From assembly GCA_965198115.1 (NCBI GenBank), contig OZ240241.1, positions 224,001-288,000 of the forward strand: 64,000 nucleotides of DNA. Direction: 5' to 3'. The notes beneath the pieces are model-generated. The model did no database searches. It was not told the origin of the DNA and saw only the letters and a list, made by a program, of their open reading frames with translations. This stretch comes from Candidatus Latescibacterota bacterium. GTDB lineage: Bacteria; Latescibacterota; UBA2968. The translations under genes and the position numbers were made by a program. This document shows, piece after piece, positions 19,508-30,346 of this stretch. Position 1 is the first letter of the stretch. Each line of letters begins with the position of its first letter.

Positions 19508-21264
19508 TGACGGACCTCTTCCGCTATAAAATCTGTGCTGACCAGAACCTGCGAAAGCCCCTCCAGGGTCTCCGGTTTGCAATCGACCGGCTCGCCATCC
19601 AGCAGAACGCTAACCAGGTCGCGACCATTCCATCGAGCCGGCAGCGCCACTGTTGCACCGCTGATCGCCTGCTCAGCACGCAGATCGAACTCCAGTCGAC
19701 CTTCCGCAACGTCGTATTTTAGGCCCTCCAGCCGCATCGCCCGCCGGGCATCGTTGAACTGCACCCAGGCCTCGTCCGAAACACACGGCACGCTCAGCTC
19801 ACGGCAGTACCACAGCATCGCGGTCAGCCACGGTTGGGTGTGCATCCTATCGGGATCCGTTGCAGGCGGATGGAAAAGCGGGTGATAGACCGTGTGATAC
19901 TTGCCGGCGGCGTCTTCCAGCTGCTTACGGGATACCGCAATAGCCTCCTCAATCGAATACGCAGGCAGGAAGGTCTTATCGCTCAACGCGCAGTCGTCCA
20001 TCGAGATGGTACACTGCTCGTACACGTCTACAATTCGGCCTTCCTCGTCCATAAACTTCACCGGCAAGCCGCTGCCGTTCAGATATCCCTCCCGGAAAAA
20101 CCAAAAAGGTCCGAAGTTCGTATCGAGCCGAACGCCGTTCTCGGCAAGAAACTTGGCGTGCTCCGTCCACCCGACCCAGCGTATGCTGTGCCCGCGGCAG
20201 CTTACCGGTCGATGCCCGTATCGTTCGGCGAATGCCTCGTGGTCGTGACGCAGGATCTCCCGCATCTCCTCCAGACTCGGGCGCGGTGGCGCTATCGGAT
20301 GCGTCCCAAAGCCGTGCCCCCGCGCTCGCAATTCGGCTTCCCAGTCTGGATCCACCTCAGAATAGTAGTCGAGCATCAAGTACGTCGTAAAGGATGCGCC
20401 AAACCCTTCGACCTGCTCGATCACGTTGCGCAACTGCCGGGCCTCCATGTAATCCCCATCCCCGTCAAAGAGGGCGACCGCCCGAACACCTTCCGGGAAG
20501 TACCACAGCCGCGGCAGTGGTCTTCGTGTCTCTCCCAGCCAGTTGAGCAGGCGAACGAAAATGTCCTGGTGCACGTCGGCCTGTGGGATCGCCTTCAGTC
20601 GCTCGTCCAGATAGTCTACGAACAGCCAGTTTGCCCTGTACGCGCCGTCCCAACCCGGCCAATAACTACCGCTACCGCGGCCGAGACTGCTGTTTTCGCG
20701 TCTGCCCTGGTGGAAAAGCACCGTGGATCTCGCAAGATCGAAGGTAAAGAGTGCGATGCGGCCTTGCCCCCGGATCGTTGCGAGTATGGCCGGATGACAG
20801 GTCGGCTCGCCCAGGAAGGCCGCCAGCCATGCCACCACCGCCTCTTGCTCGCCCGACCAGGTGTACAGGTCGGCCGGCCCGTGGAACTGCAGATCCGCCG
20901 CAGCCACACCCTGGGCCAGCGGGCTGTCCGGGTTCAACTGAAGCCACCGGTCCGGCAGTGCCCCTTTGCGAAGATGCGGGCCCAGCCCCAACGCCTCGGC
21001 CATCTCCTGCGGCGGTCGCAGCGCGAGCAAACGACCGCCTTGCTCCACGTAGCGCAGCAACGTAGTGCATTCTTCTGAGGAAATCTGGATATTGCAGAGG
21101 ATGGTCACGTCAGCTCCGGCCAGCATCTCTGGGGTAAGCGACGTGTGTGCCAGATCCACCCGGCGAAACCAGGGATACCCCTCGGTGAGAAGCACCTCCT
21201 CTATATAAGTGTGAAACCGGTTCGGGTCGTCATCGCGGGTCAGAACAGCGATCGGCATCTCCAT
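19486..21264 (-). CDS. Hypothetical protein with GATase-like N-terminus and NodB/polysaccharide-deacetylase-like barrel
   Basis: YVEQGGRLL, ALFDGDGD, GHGFGTHP, RGHSIRW, GSGLPVKF, LFHP. Confidence 0.55.
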   Translation of the reverse strand: MEMPIAVLTRDDDPNRFHTYIEEVLLTEGYPWFRRVDLAHTSLTPEMLAGADVTILCNIQISSEECTTLLRYVEQGGRLLALRPPQEMAEALGLGPHLRKGALPDRWLQLNPDSPLAQGVAAADLQFHGPADLYTWSGEQEAVVAWLAAFLGEPTCHPAILATIRGQGRIALFTFDLARSTVLFHQGRRENSSLGRGSGSYWPGWDGAYRANWLFVDYLDERLKAIPQADVHQDIFVRLLNWLGETRRPLPRLWYFPEGVRAVALFDGDGDYMEARQLRNVIEQVEGFGASFTTYLMLDYYSEVDPDWEAELRARGHGFGTHPIAPPRPSLEEMREILRHDHEAFAERYGHRPVSCRGHSIRWVGWTEHAKFLAENGVRLDTNFGPFWFFREGYLNGSGLPVKFMDEEGRIVDVYEQCTISMDDCALSDKTFLPAYSIEEAIAVSRKQLEDAAGKYHTVYHPLFHPPATDPDRMHTQPWLTAMLWYCRELSVPCVSDEAWVQFNDARRAMRLEGLKYDVAEGRLEFDLRAEQAISGATVALPARWNGRDLVSVLLDGEPVDCKPETLEGLSQVLVSTDFIAEEVRHYAVGWR

Positions 21265-21315
21265 ATCGATCTCCTGCGCTTTTTCAATCTGATGTGCGCG
21301 TGAGGTCCTTCGACC

Positions 21316-22494
21316 TCAAGCCGGCTGTTCCCCTGGTCCACGGTCCGGTCCCGGGCGAAAATCCGGCACCGCCATCGGCACAGATCCCTGATCCGCCGAC
21401 TGACCGGCCACAACCGCTGCACCTGCCAACTCGGCTGCCCTGTACACACCGACTGTTACCGGCGTGCCGTCCAGCACATGGTCGACGAACTCCTTCATCG
21501 GGTAGTAATCTTTGCCACCGTGTCCGGTGCTCATCGCCCGGGGGTCGCCCGGCTGCCACGTGGTGTACTCCCACTTCACCGGCATGCGTGCATACGTGTG
21601 GTGCTCCGCCAGCCACAGCAGGCCCTCACTCGCCTGATCCTGTCCGCTGCCCACTGCGCCCCGGCCGGTCTCCACCTCCCCCTTCGTTCCCATCAGGTGA
21701 TACCAGTGTTGAAGGTTCGGTGCGTTGAAGCCGGTCGCCAGCCGCAGAAGCGTATCCTTTGCCGTGCGCATCAGCGCCACCTCCACGTCCGGGTTCTGCA
21801 CCTCCTCCAGGTAATAGCTCTGGCGCCTCGTCGCCATGCAGGTCACCTCCACCACCCGGTCGTCCAGAATCTGGAGCAAAGGCCCCAGCGAATGCGGCGT
21901 GTACCAAATCGGGTGACAAATGTTCCAGTATCGAGTCTTTACGGCGTTGGGATTGCCTCGTGCCTCCTCCCAGCTCAGAGCCTGTGCGGTCCTGGCATCC
22001 CGCCACCATTTATCCAGAGGCTGGCCGTGGAAGTACTGGGCCTCGCCGTAGAGCGGCTTTCCGAGCAGTCCCTCATCAACCATCTTCCTCCAAGCCTGGA
22101 CCATGGGCGTCAGGCTCTGCTGCTCGGCCATAAGAAACTTCCGCCCGGACTGCTCGACTGCGAGGACAATGCGCCAGCAGTTCTCCAGACTGTAGGCGAG
22201 CGGTACTTCGCAGATGACGTGCTTGCCCGCCTTGAGAGCCTCCAGGATGATATCCGGCTGGACCTCCGTCGCCACCACCACCGCCACCGCGTCAATGTCG
22301 TCTCGAGCGAGCATATCGGAAAGGTTCTCGTAGGCATTTTCCTCCCCGATGCCTGTGATCTCCTGGCCTTCCTTGCGGCGTGACTCGAAACGGTCGCAAA
22401 TCGCCACAACCTCTGCTCTCGGTACCAATTTCAGGGTTCGCAACCACGCCCTCCCACGCCACATGCCAACAACCCCAAACCTCACCTTATTCAT
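21316..22494 (-). CDS. Gfo/Idh/MocA family oxidoreductase
   Basis: VRFGVVG, VVAICD, AGKHVICEVP, YGEAQYFH, GHGGKD. Confidence 0.88.
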   Translation of the reverse strand: MNKVRFGVVGMWRGRAWLRTLKLVPRAEVVAICDRFESRRKEGQEITGIGEENAYENLSDMLARDDIDAVAVVVATEVQPDIILEALKAGKHVICEVPLAYSLENCWRIVLAVEQSGRKFLMAEQQSLTPMVQAWRKMVDEGLLGKPLYGEAQYFHGQPLDKWWRDARTAQALSWEEARGNPNAVKTRYWNICHPIWYTPHSLGPLLQILDDRVVEVTCMATRRQSYYLEEVQNPDVEVALMRTAKDTLLRLATGFNAPNLQHWYHLMGTKGEVETGRGAVGSGQDQASEGLLWLAEHHTYARMPVKWEYTTWQPGDPRAMSTGHGGKDYYPMKEFVDHVLDGTPVTVGVYRAAELAGAAVVAGQSADQGSVPMAVPDFRPGPDRGPGEQPA

Positions 22495-22542
22495 AAAATC
22501 ACCCTTTAAAGATCTAACACGCCCCACTCTCCCGCTCGACTT

Positions 22543-23118
22543 CTATAGCTCCAACCTTCTCCCGAGCTCCGCCGCTTTTTCTGCCACCAGCCTGCACGTC
22601 TCTTTCTCTTCCTCATTCGCCCACTCGGGTTTGAAGCCGAACCCGGCATACAGAAGAATCGCCCGAAATCGAACGCTGTTCGTCGTCAGGTAAGCATTCA
22701 CGTGACCCAGCTCTCTGAGGCGATTACACACGGCCGTCATGAGCGGCTTGCTTAAACCAACGCCCTGCTCTTCTCGGGTCGTGGCCACCCAGTGAATCCG
22801 ACCCCAGGTCTGCCCATCCCGATCACCGAACCAGGCCGCGTTCGTTGCCACTGGCAAGCCGTCTGAGCGGCAGATAAATGCGACGCGCTGCTTGAGGGCA
22901 TCCAGATCCGTGCCGAACTCGCCGGTGAACAGATCTTTCCCGATGTCTTCATATCCCTCGCACGCGATGTGGATCCGACGCCAATGTGCGTCATCTCCCT
23001 CCTCATACCAACGGATCGAATACGCCGACGGTAGCTCGTGCTGCGGAATCCCATCGAGCGTATCCCGGATCATCCGAATCGGAGCCTTCGGCAGCTCGTC
23101 CACCGGCTCATGTCGCAT
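22543..23118 (-). CDS. GNAT family N-acetyltransferase
   Basis: GRIHWVA..EQGVGLSKPL motif A, AILLYAGFGF. Confidence 0.82.
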   Translation of the reverse strand: MRHEPVDELPKAPIRMIRDTLDGIPQHELPSAYSIRWYEEGDDAHWRRIHIACEGYEDIGKDLFTGEFGTDLDALKQRVAFICRSDGLPVATNAAWFGDRDGQTWGRIHWVATTREEQGVGLSKPLMTAVCNRLRELGHVNAYLTTNSVRFRAILLYAGFGFKPEWANEEEKETCRLVAEKAAELGRRLEL

Positions 23119-23147
23119 CGTTTGGTCTACTTAGTTGTTGTTCACTA

Positions 23148-24314
23148 GTGTCACGTCCCGCGTATAAGCTTCAAAAGTTTATGGACTTTCTCGAGGATTG
23201 AATCTGCCGTGGCGGTCCAGACGAAGGGTGTAGAATTCTCGTTGTAGTGATCAGTGAATTTCTTGATGCAGGCGATCAGGTCCTTGACGCTTCTGAAGGT
23301 GCCTCGTCGAATGGCTCTTTGGGTGATGATACCGAACCAGATCTCTACCTGGTTCAGCCAGGAGGCATATGTTGGTGTGTAGTGCACGTGATATCGTTTC
23401 CGTGAGGCGAGCCAACGCTTGACGTTCGGGTGCTTGTGCGTGCCGTAATTATCGACGACCAGATGGATGTCGAGATCCTTTGGGACGTTCTTGTCGATGT
23501 GCTTGAGGAACTGAAGGAACTCTTTGTTGCGGTGTCTGGGCTTGCACTGAGTCAGAACTTTGCCGGATGCGATGTTGAGCGCTGCAAAGAGGGTGGTCGT
23601 GCCGTTCCGGATATAGCTGTGAGTGACGCCCTCGACGTATCCGAGACCCAAAGGAAGAATCGGTTGTGTCCGTTCGAGTGCTTGAATCTGGCTCTTCTCG
23701 TCTACACAGAGCACCATCGCGTTGTCCGGTGGGTTCAGGTATAGACCGACGATATCCCTGACTTTCTCGACGAAGAAGGGATCGTTCGACAGTTTGAAGT
23801 GCTTCTGTCGATGCGGTTGCAGTCCAAAAGCTTTCCATACACGTTGAACCGAGGACTTGGAGAGCCCCGTCTCGTCGGCCATCGAACGACAGGTCCCAGT
23901 GGGTGGCACCCTTCGGTTGCTTCTTGAGCGTCTTGTAGATGAGGGAGGAGATCTCTTCGTCGCTGACCGACCGTGGCCCTCCAGGACGCAATTCGTCATA
24001 CAGTCCCATCAAGCCTTGCTCGCAGAAGCGACGACGCCACTTGCCGACAGACGCTCCGGACAACCCGACTCGTTCCGCGATCTCCTGATTGGTCAGACCG
24101 CAATCGCTCATCAAGACGATCTTCGCGCGACGCACCAAAGCGTGAGACATGCTACGCGAACGAGACAATGACTCGAGTTGATCGTGGACCTCATCACTGA
24201 TGTTCAGTGGCTGTAACGGACGACCTCTAGCCATCGGTTCCTCCCAAGAATGAGTGCTTGAGGAACCATACGACAGAATCGAATATTTTTCTAGTTATTC
24301 CTGGGACGTGACAC
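23148..24314 (-). mobile_element. IS630 family insertion sequence
   Basis: 12-bp perfect TIR gtgtcacgtccc/gggacgtgacac flanked by TA on both sides. Confidence 0.92.
23151..24234 (-). pseudogene. IS630 transposase, frameshifted (extra G at THW-TCR, about 23896)
   Basis: HTH N-terminus in ORF 23449-24234; CVDEK, DNYGTH, SWLNQVE in ORF 23151-23999. Confidence 0.85.
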
Positions 24315-24359
24315 TATTGGCCTGTTACGTTAATCGCCCTTTAAAATCAGAAGAGCAGG

Positions 24360-24456
24360 GTCACTTCGAGCCCTTCGTCAGGCTCAGGATAGACTCCGTC
24401 GAGAAGTCCCCATTCGCGATTCGTAATGGGCGTGTTCTCGACTACGCTCGAACTGA
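24360..24456. repeat. REP-like palindromic cluster
   Basis: gtcacttcgagcccttcg..gctcagg..gtcgagaa with inverted partner ttctcgactacgctcgaactgac. Confidence 0.55.
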
Positions 24457-24578
24457 CGCCGCTCAGTCTGGCAGTAAAAGTCCAGTACTACTTTCGTGAC
24501 AGGCCACTAGTCACTGATCTCTGTCAGTGAGGCAAATGAAGGGTGTCCGCGGCTAACGTTTTCCTGGTATCCGAGTGT

Positions 24579-25433
24579 CTACCCCTCTCCGTCGATCCAG
24601 GTCGTCATTCCTTGCTCTTGGAGTGCGGTCCGCACTGAAAGTTCACTGCGCGATCCGCATACCCCGGGATCCTGTGCTGTCAGGCCCCGATCAGCAATCA
24701 GATTATGTCCTGTCACCGCGGCCGATTCATCACTTGCCAAAAAGAGCATAGCGTTGGCCACTTGCTCCGGCGTACTGGGAGACCCTAGTGGATAGAAACA
24801 CGCTTGCCTGCGGTACTGGGCTGGATTGTTATCCAGCATGACATACTTCTTTTCTGTCAGCATCCGGGCGGGCGTCAAGACGTTTGCTCTGATGCCTTGC
24901 ATCCCGTATGTGATCGCCAGACTTTTGGTAAAGTTCATCATCCCCGCCTTTGCCGGCCCATAGGACGAAATCGATGAGCCGCCGACAAGTCCTGTATGGG
25001 AAGCCACATTGATGATGTTACCGCTTCCTTGCTCAATCATCGCAGGTATGACCTCTTTGCAGAAGAGCAGCGGTGCGGTCATGTGACAGAAGATGGTTTC
25101 TTCCCAGTCCTGCAATTTCACATCTTCGAGCTTTCCGCCCGGATTGTCGATGATCGCGTTGTTGACCATGATATCAATGCGACCGTATTTCTCTTTGGTA
25201 AAATCGCAGAGAGCGACAATGTCGGCCTCATCCATCACATCACATCGTTTATAAACGACCTCTCCAGCGAGCCCTTCCGCTTCCTCGAGTAATTTCTGTG
25301 CATTCTCAGGGGTTCTGCCCCGGTCACAGGTGACCACTTTGCAGCCCTCGCGGGCAAAGATCAATGCTGCGGCCTTTCCGAGACCCAGGGTTGACCCCGT
25401 GATTATGGCAACCTTTCCGTCTAGCCTTCCCAA
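24579..25433 (-). CDS. SDR family oxidoreductase
   Basis: ITGSTLGLG, MVNNA, YGPAK, GIRANVLTP; TTG start after RBS aggagg. Confidence 0.9.
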   Translation of the reverse strand: MGRLDGKVAIITGSTLGLGKAAALIFAREGCKVVTCDRGRTPENAQKLLEEAEGLAGEVVYKRCDVMDEADIVALCDFTKEKYGRIDIMVNNAIIDNPGGKLEDVKLQDWEETIFCHMTAPLLFCKEVIPAMIEQGSGNIINVASHTGLVGGSSISSYGPAKAGMMNFTKSLAITYGMQGIRANVLTPARMLTEKKYVMLDNNPAQYRRQACFYPLGSPSTPEQVANAMLFLASDESAAVTGHNLIADRGLTAQDPGVCGSRSELSVRTALQEQGMTTWIDGEG

Positions 25434-25498
25434 TTTAGTCCTCCTAGATTCTCCTTCAGTTTCGGTTCGACCTACATGGCTTGGAGTTTGTCGCATTA

Positions 25499-26791
25499 GG
25501 GTTCGGAATAAATAAACGGTCGATCTCAATGTTGAGCCATTGGCCGGATCGTGTAGTTCCAGTCGCCGTGGAAATCGTGCGGAGTGAGATCGATTTGGGT
25601 CATCTGTTCATCGGTCACCTTGACCCCGTTAGGGTAGGGTCGCTTGTCGATCTCGGAGCGTACTCGGAGACCGGCTTGAGTGGTCGTTCCGGCAATGAGA
25701 TTCACGGTTGCAGCCAGGCTGACCAGGGGCTTGCCTCGCCAGTTCATAGCGATGAAGGAGAACAGGCGATGTTCGATCTTGTTCCACTTACTAGTGCCAG
25801 GAGGGTAGTGGCATACGGTGATCGTCAGGCCAGTGCGATTCGCAAAGCGCTGCAGCTCCCACTTCCACAGCCGCGTCTTGGCGCCGTTGCTGCCGCCTGC
25901 GTCCGCCGTGATTAGCAGATGCGTCGAAGTGCCGTAGGCGGGCCGTCCCATGTTCTTCCACCAACTTCGGATCGCATTCACGGCGAAGCTGGCCGTGTCG
26001 TGATCGATACCGACACTTACCCAGCCTTCATCACGGCTCAGATCATACACTCCATAAGGGATCGCCTTGCCCTGAGCAGGCACTATGAAATCGTGTACCT
26101 TCACACGCTCCGGGTCTCCCTTGGGTCGCCATTCTCGGCCAGGATTCTTGAAGTCGCCGATCAACTCTTTCTTCTTGGTGTCCACCGAGATAACGGGAAG
26201 GCCCTGCTGCTGCTGCTGGCTAATCCGATCATCGAGGTAAACGAACTGAGCGTCCCGATCCGGGTGTGCAGATCCCTCCCTTGTCTTCCGATTCGCCTGC
26301 AGCGTGTAATCGTGTTCGTGCAGGAGATTGGCAACGATCCTGGGGCTCACCGAATGCCCCATCGCTTGCAACTCGGCGGCCAGTTTGCGAGTGCTCTTCG
26401 ATGTCCATCTCAGAGGATTGTCGTCAGGCGACCCCGCAGTCGTTGGCTCGACCAGATCATTCAGGTCCTGCCACAGCGTCGGGTCCGTGTCGGCCTTCCG
26501 CTTACGACCGCCGCCTGGACGCCGGATGCGAGCCGGGTCCAAAGGTTCGTCCGACCTCAACTCCTGAATGCCACGAAAGATCCGCTCTCTGGACATTCCT
26601 GTCGCCAGAGCCACAATCGCGATCCCACCGTGACCCAACGCTTCGGCTTCCGTGGCGGCCCACAGACGACGCGTGCGTTCCGTCAGCACCGGAGCCAAGG
26701 CTTCATACTTCGTTCGGAGAGTTTCGACGTCCACACTCCGAGCGTAAGATCATTACCTTGAAAAGTGCAGCACTTATTTCGTGGCAAACCC
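25499..26791 (-). mobile_element. ISAzo13 family insertion sequence
   Basis: Imperfect TIR gggttcggaataaataa / ttatttcgtggcaaaccc with 3-bp TTA duplication. Confidence 0.88.
25526..26734 (-). CDS. ISAzo13 (Rhodopirellula-type) transposase
   Basis: RIRRPGGGRK, SVDTKKKELIG, TADAGGSN, PPGTSKWNKIEHRLFS, FHGDWNY. Confidence 0.95.
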   Translation of the reverse strand: MDVETLRTKYEALAPVLTERTRRLWAATEAEALGHGGIAIVALATGMSRERIFRGIQELRSDEPLDPARIRRPGGGRKRKADTDPTLWQDLNDLVEPTTAGSPDDNPLRWTSKSTRKLAAELQAMGHSVSPRIVANLLHEHDYTLQANRKTREGSAHPDRDAQFVYLDDRISQQQQQGLPVISVDTKKKELIGDFKNPGREWRPKGDPERVKVHDFIVPAQGKAIPYGVYDLSRDEGWVSVGIDHDTASFAVNAIRSWWKNMGRPAYGTSTHLLITADAGGSNGAKTRLWKWELQRFANRTGLTITVCHYPPGTSKWNKIEHRLFSFIAMNWRGKPLVSLAATVNLIAGTTTQAGLRVRSEIDKRPYPNGVKVTDEQMTQIDLTPHDFHGDWNYTIRPMAQH

Positions 26792-26849
26792 TTAGTGAAA
26801 AACATGGCATCCGGTTCTTTCCGCCCATGAGGGTACGGGGGCTCGTCAA

Positions 26850-28036
26850 TCAGCCGTCGCTGCGGATGCCACTCCGGACCCCGAGCGCGAGGCTCGACAT
26901 CCACACCAGGGGTGCTACCGCCGTGGCGGCCATGGCCCAGCGCAGTCCGACGAAATCCGCCGTCATGCCGAACGCAATCGGCCCAGTCAGGGCGCCCAGC
27001 AGGGCCACGCCATTGAAGGCGGCGAACATGGCGCTCCCCGCAGTGGGAAAACGGTCGCCGGCGTGGGCGTTGACCGAGGGATAGATGCCGGAGATCGCGA
27101 ACCCGAGTACGGAGAGCCACGCCACCACGGCGAGCGCGTGTTCGTGCCAGGCTGCTAGGGGTGCGCTGATCAGGCAGGCCAGGCCGGTGATGAATACGAC
27201 GGTCCGGAGTCCGAAGCGGTGCACCACGAGCGGCATGCTCAGCCGGCCGACCGCCATGACCATCGCGTAGACCATCAAACCGACAGCACCGAACGAACGG
27301 CTGCTGCCGATGCTTACTTCGAGATAGTATGGCATCCAGTGGGCGGCGGTCACTTCGGTGATCGACGAGAAGAACAGACCCAGGAGCAGAAGCCTAAAGC
27401 TCCAGTGGCTCGCTATTTCACGGAACGGGATGCGATCCCCGGACCTTTCGGAACGTGACGCCCGGCGCCCGGGCATGGACTTGAGGAAGGCGGCCGGTGC
27501 ATACATCAACACCAGCACGGTGAACAGCCCGAAGAGGCTGCGCCAACCCACACCGATCTCGAAGGCCGCCAGTACGAGCAGCAGAATGACGCACACCCCG
27601 ATGTACCAGCTGGAGTGGTGGATGCAGGCGACGCGGACTCGGTTCTCGGCATAGAGATCGCAGACCAGGGCCGTCATGGGCGCCGACACGATGCCGCGGC
27701 CCAGACCCGTGATCGTGCCCCCCGCCAGGGCGTGAAAGGGCTCTGTCGCCGAGGCGACGACGAGCAGACCCGCCGCCTGCAGCAGCGAGCTGATCAGAAT
27801 CTGTAGGCGGTAGCCGAGCCGATCGACGAGCCACGCCGAGCAGATGCTGGTGAGGGCCGAGCTCCAGATTGGCGAGCTCAGAAACAGACCCTTGGACAGC
27901 TCGGAGTCCATGCCGAGGTCGGCGGCGATGACGCTGAGACACGAGGCGGCGCCCAGCATCATCGTGCTGCCGGCAGCCATCGCGTACAGGCGACGGCCAG
28001 GATGATTCTGCGCGAGCCGGGCGCGCCTTCTGTCAT
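26850..28036 (-). CDS. MFS transporter; probable frameshift near 27987
   Basis: About 12 hydrophobic helices, LVDRLGYR loop; upstream ATG at 28036 is out of frame and the paralogous fragment at 29171 shows one missing base. Confidence 0.8.
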
Positions 28037-28124
28037 TCTTCCCAGTCCCTACACCGAAATCGAATGCGCCTCCGCGTCGACGTGCTAGTAGACATCGGGT
28101 CTGAGCTCTGACGACGATGTCGAA

Positions 28125-29091
28125 TCAATACCATCGACCTTTGTCCACGATGTTTTTAAGCGGTTGCCCCGCGGAAAAACAACGAGCGTTTTCGAGCAGG
28201 ATCTGGAATCGACGTTCGGGCAGGTTCTCGGCTTCTCGTACTGCGATGTGCGGGGTGAGCAACACGTTGGGCAAGGTCCAGAGTTTGTGGTCGGAAGGCA
28301 GAGGTTCGATTTCGTATACGTCCAGACCACAGCCTCCGATTTCGCCGCTTTCGATCGCGTCGGCAAGGTCATCGATGCGGGTTGTCTTTGCCGCGCGCGA
28401 TGTTGATGAAATAGGCGGCATTTTTCATGCGCTTAAATCGACCCTGGTGCCACATGCCGGCTGTTTCAGGTGTGTGTGGCGTGGTGACGATCACAAAGTC
28501 GGCCCGGGGAAGCAGGTCGTCCAATTCTTCGGAAGCGTGCATTTCAACGTAGGACTGGCTGTGTTCCGGACGGGGATCGACACCGATGACCGTCATGCCG
28601 AATTCGTGGCACAATCTGGCCGTTTCGTGTCCGACGCCGCCGACACCGACAATGAGTGCCGTCGCATCCGCCAGATAGATATACGGGCTCTTTCGGGCTT
28701 CTTTATCCCATACCTTGCGGGATTGGGCTTCAACGTACCAGGGAAGGCCGCGAGACAGCGCGATCAAAAACATCATGATGTGGTGGCTGATGTGATCGTA
28801 ATAGATGCCTCGTGGATTGGCGATGATGACGGGGTGGTCGATGAGTTCCTGGTAGAAGTATCCCTCGAAGGGACCGGAGTCGGGATTTTGCAGCCACCGG
28901 AGTTTTTGCGCCGCAGGAAGTGTGTCCGGCGGAATCCAGCCGAAAGCGGCGTCTGCATCGATGATTTCCCGTTTGGCATCTGCGTCGGTTTCAGGAGAGA
29001 CGACCGTGTATTCGGGAAGGGCTTCGGGTAGGCGCCTGGCGAACTCTTTTTTTAGGTCATCCTGAGGGGGCATTATGACGAACTTGAACAT
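28125..29091 (-). CDS. D-2-hydroxyacid dehydrogenase, frameshift near 28388
   Basis: IVGVGGVG, PHTPET, FINIARG / GLDVYEIEPLP, LLTPH. Confidence 0.88.
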
Positions 29092-29170
29092 AAGTGTTTC
29101 TCCAACTGATGTTTTGGCGTGCCACGCGACTCAGTGGTCAGGAAGACTTCCCGTCAGGGCGAGCACCGGC

Positions 29171-29260
29171 ACGAGGCGGCGCCTATCATCATCGTGCTGC
29201 CGGCTGCCACCGCGTAGCAGGTGGCGGCCAGGATGACTTTGCGTGCGCCGCCGGGCGCGC
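29171..29260 (-). pseudogene. Truncated paralog of the MFS 5' end at 27941-28027
   Basis: acgaggcggcgcctatcatcatcgtgctgccggc... aligns with acgaggcggcgcccagcatcatcgtgctgccggc... Confidence 0.7.
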
Positions 29261-29280
29261 ATTGTGTTTGCTGAACTCCC

Positions 29281-30322
29281 CTAAACATCGTAAGCCGTCC
29301 AGGTGCCCGTACAGCCGTGGCCCTTCCGGACGTGGAGAACGCGGTCTGTCGCGTCGGCGATATAGCCTGAAACGGAAATCATGTCGACTCCGCCGTGACG
29401 GCAGATGGCCGCGGGATCGCCCTGGTGATCGGCCAGGATCGACTTCATCGTGTCGACTGTGACGTTGCCGTACGCTCCGTCCACCAGCTCACGCATTCGC
29501 TCGGCCCGAGGACACGAGTCCGCCAACGAATTCGTCTCGTGATGACCGTAATCCGGGGTGAGGTAGTGATTTGCGTGAATGATGGAGTCCTCAACGTCGC
29601 CGTAGTAGCGCGCCGGGCCCTCTGGACGAATCTCGTAGTCGGCCACCTCCCCACCTCCCGTGCAGATCACCATATTCCCCGCCGAACACGTCGAGTTGTC
29701 GGTCAAAACACGATCGATCCCGGCCAGGTCCTTCTGTTCCAGACAAACGCGCTTGATGGGATAGTGCGGCAGGCCCACTCGCCAGGGGCAGTCGTAGAGC
29801 GCGTTCGCGAAGTGCGCGATGCCGTGCTCGTTCATGCCTGAGTAGCCGAGCTGTCCCGCAAACGTGAACATCAGTGCCCGGGGTCGTTCGTCCGCCGGGT
29901 CGACGCGGAAGAATCGCGAAGTCGCCATACTCGGGCGGGAGATCCTGATTCTGTCCCGCCAGCGTCACGCCATCCTTCGTCGCTTTGCCCGTTAGCGCGA
30001 ATGCGGTGCACGCCTCGTCCTGCACCTGCGCGGCCTCACCCCTCGCCTGACAGAGCAGCGCCTCCTCGACCGAGAGATCCGCGCCGTCAGCCAGCCCACG
30101 CACTTCTTCGACGAAGCGCGGACTCAACTTCTCCATAAACGGCAGGAACCTGAAGGCAGATGCGCAGAGCGCGTTACGCGACTTCCCTGTCATCCGCTCG
30201 ATCCAGATCAGGTACTTCTGGATCAGGTCGGCAGCGATCGCTCCGTGCTGGTAGCCCATCTCGTAGGACGAGCCCGCCACGCTCACCATCGGAAAACCGA
30301 CTTGCAGTGAGGTATCGTTCAT
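29281..30322 (-). CDS. C45 family peptidase / acyl-CoA:6-APA acyltransferase-like Ntn hydrolase, frameshift near 29908
   Basis: GYQHG, EVRGLADGA, ACTAFA nucleophile, GQNQD, GMNEHG, HANHY. Confidence 0.85.
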
Positions 30323-30346
30323 CTTCCCTCAAATGCTTCCAACGTA

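Noticed and set aside
19834-21078. Long antisense or alternate-frame ORFs (also 8764-9846, 11244-12389, 28117-29031, 36759-37769, 57119-58042)
   Set aside because: Shadow ORFs of well-supported genes in high-GC DNA, with no recognisable motifs.
22512-22518. GTTAGAT core site upstream of the Gfo/Idh/MocA gene
   Set aside because: No matching R'' or hairpin found; a lone 7-mer is expected by chance.
23880-23910. Programmed ribosomal frameshift in IS630
   Set aside because: No slippery A-run at the junction; one extra G inside conserved THW-TCR is better explained as a mutation or error.
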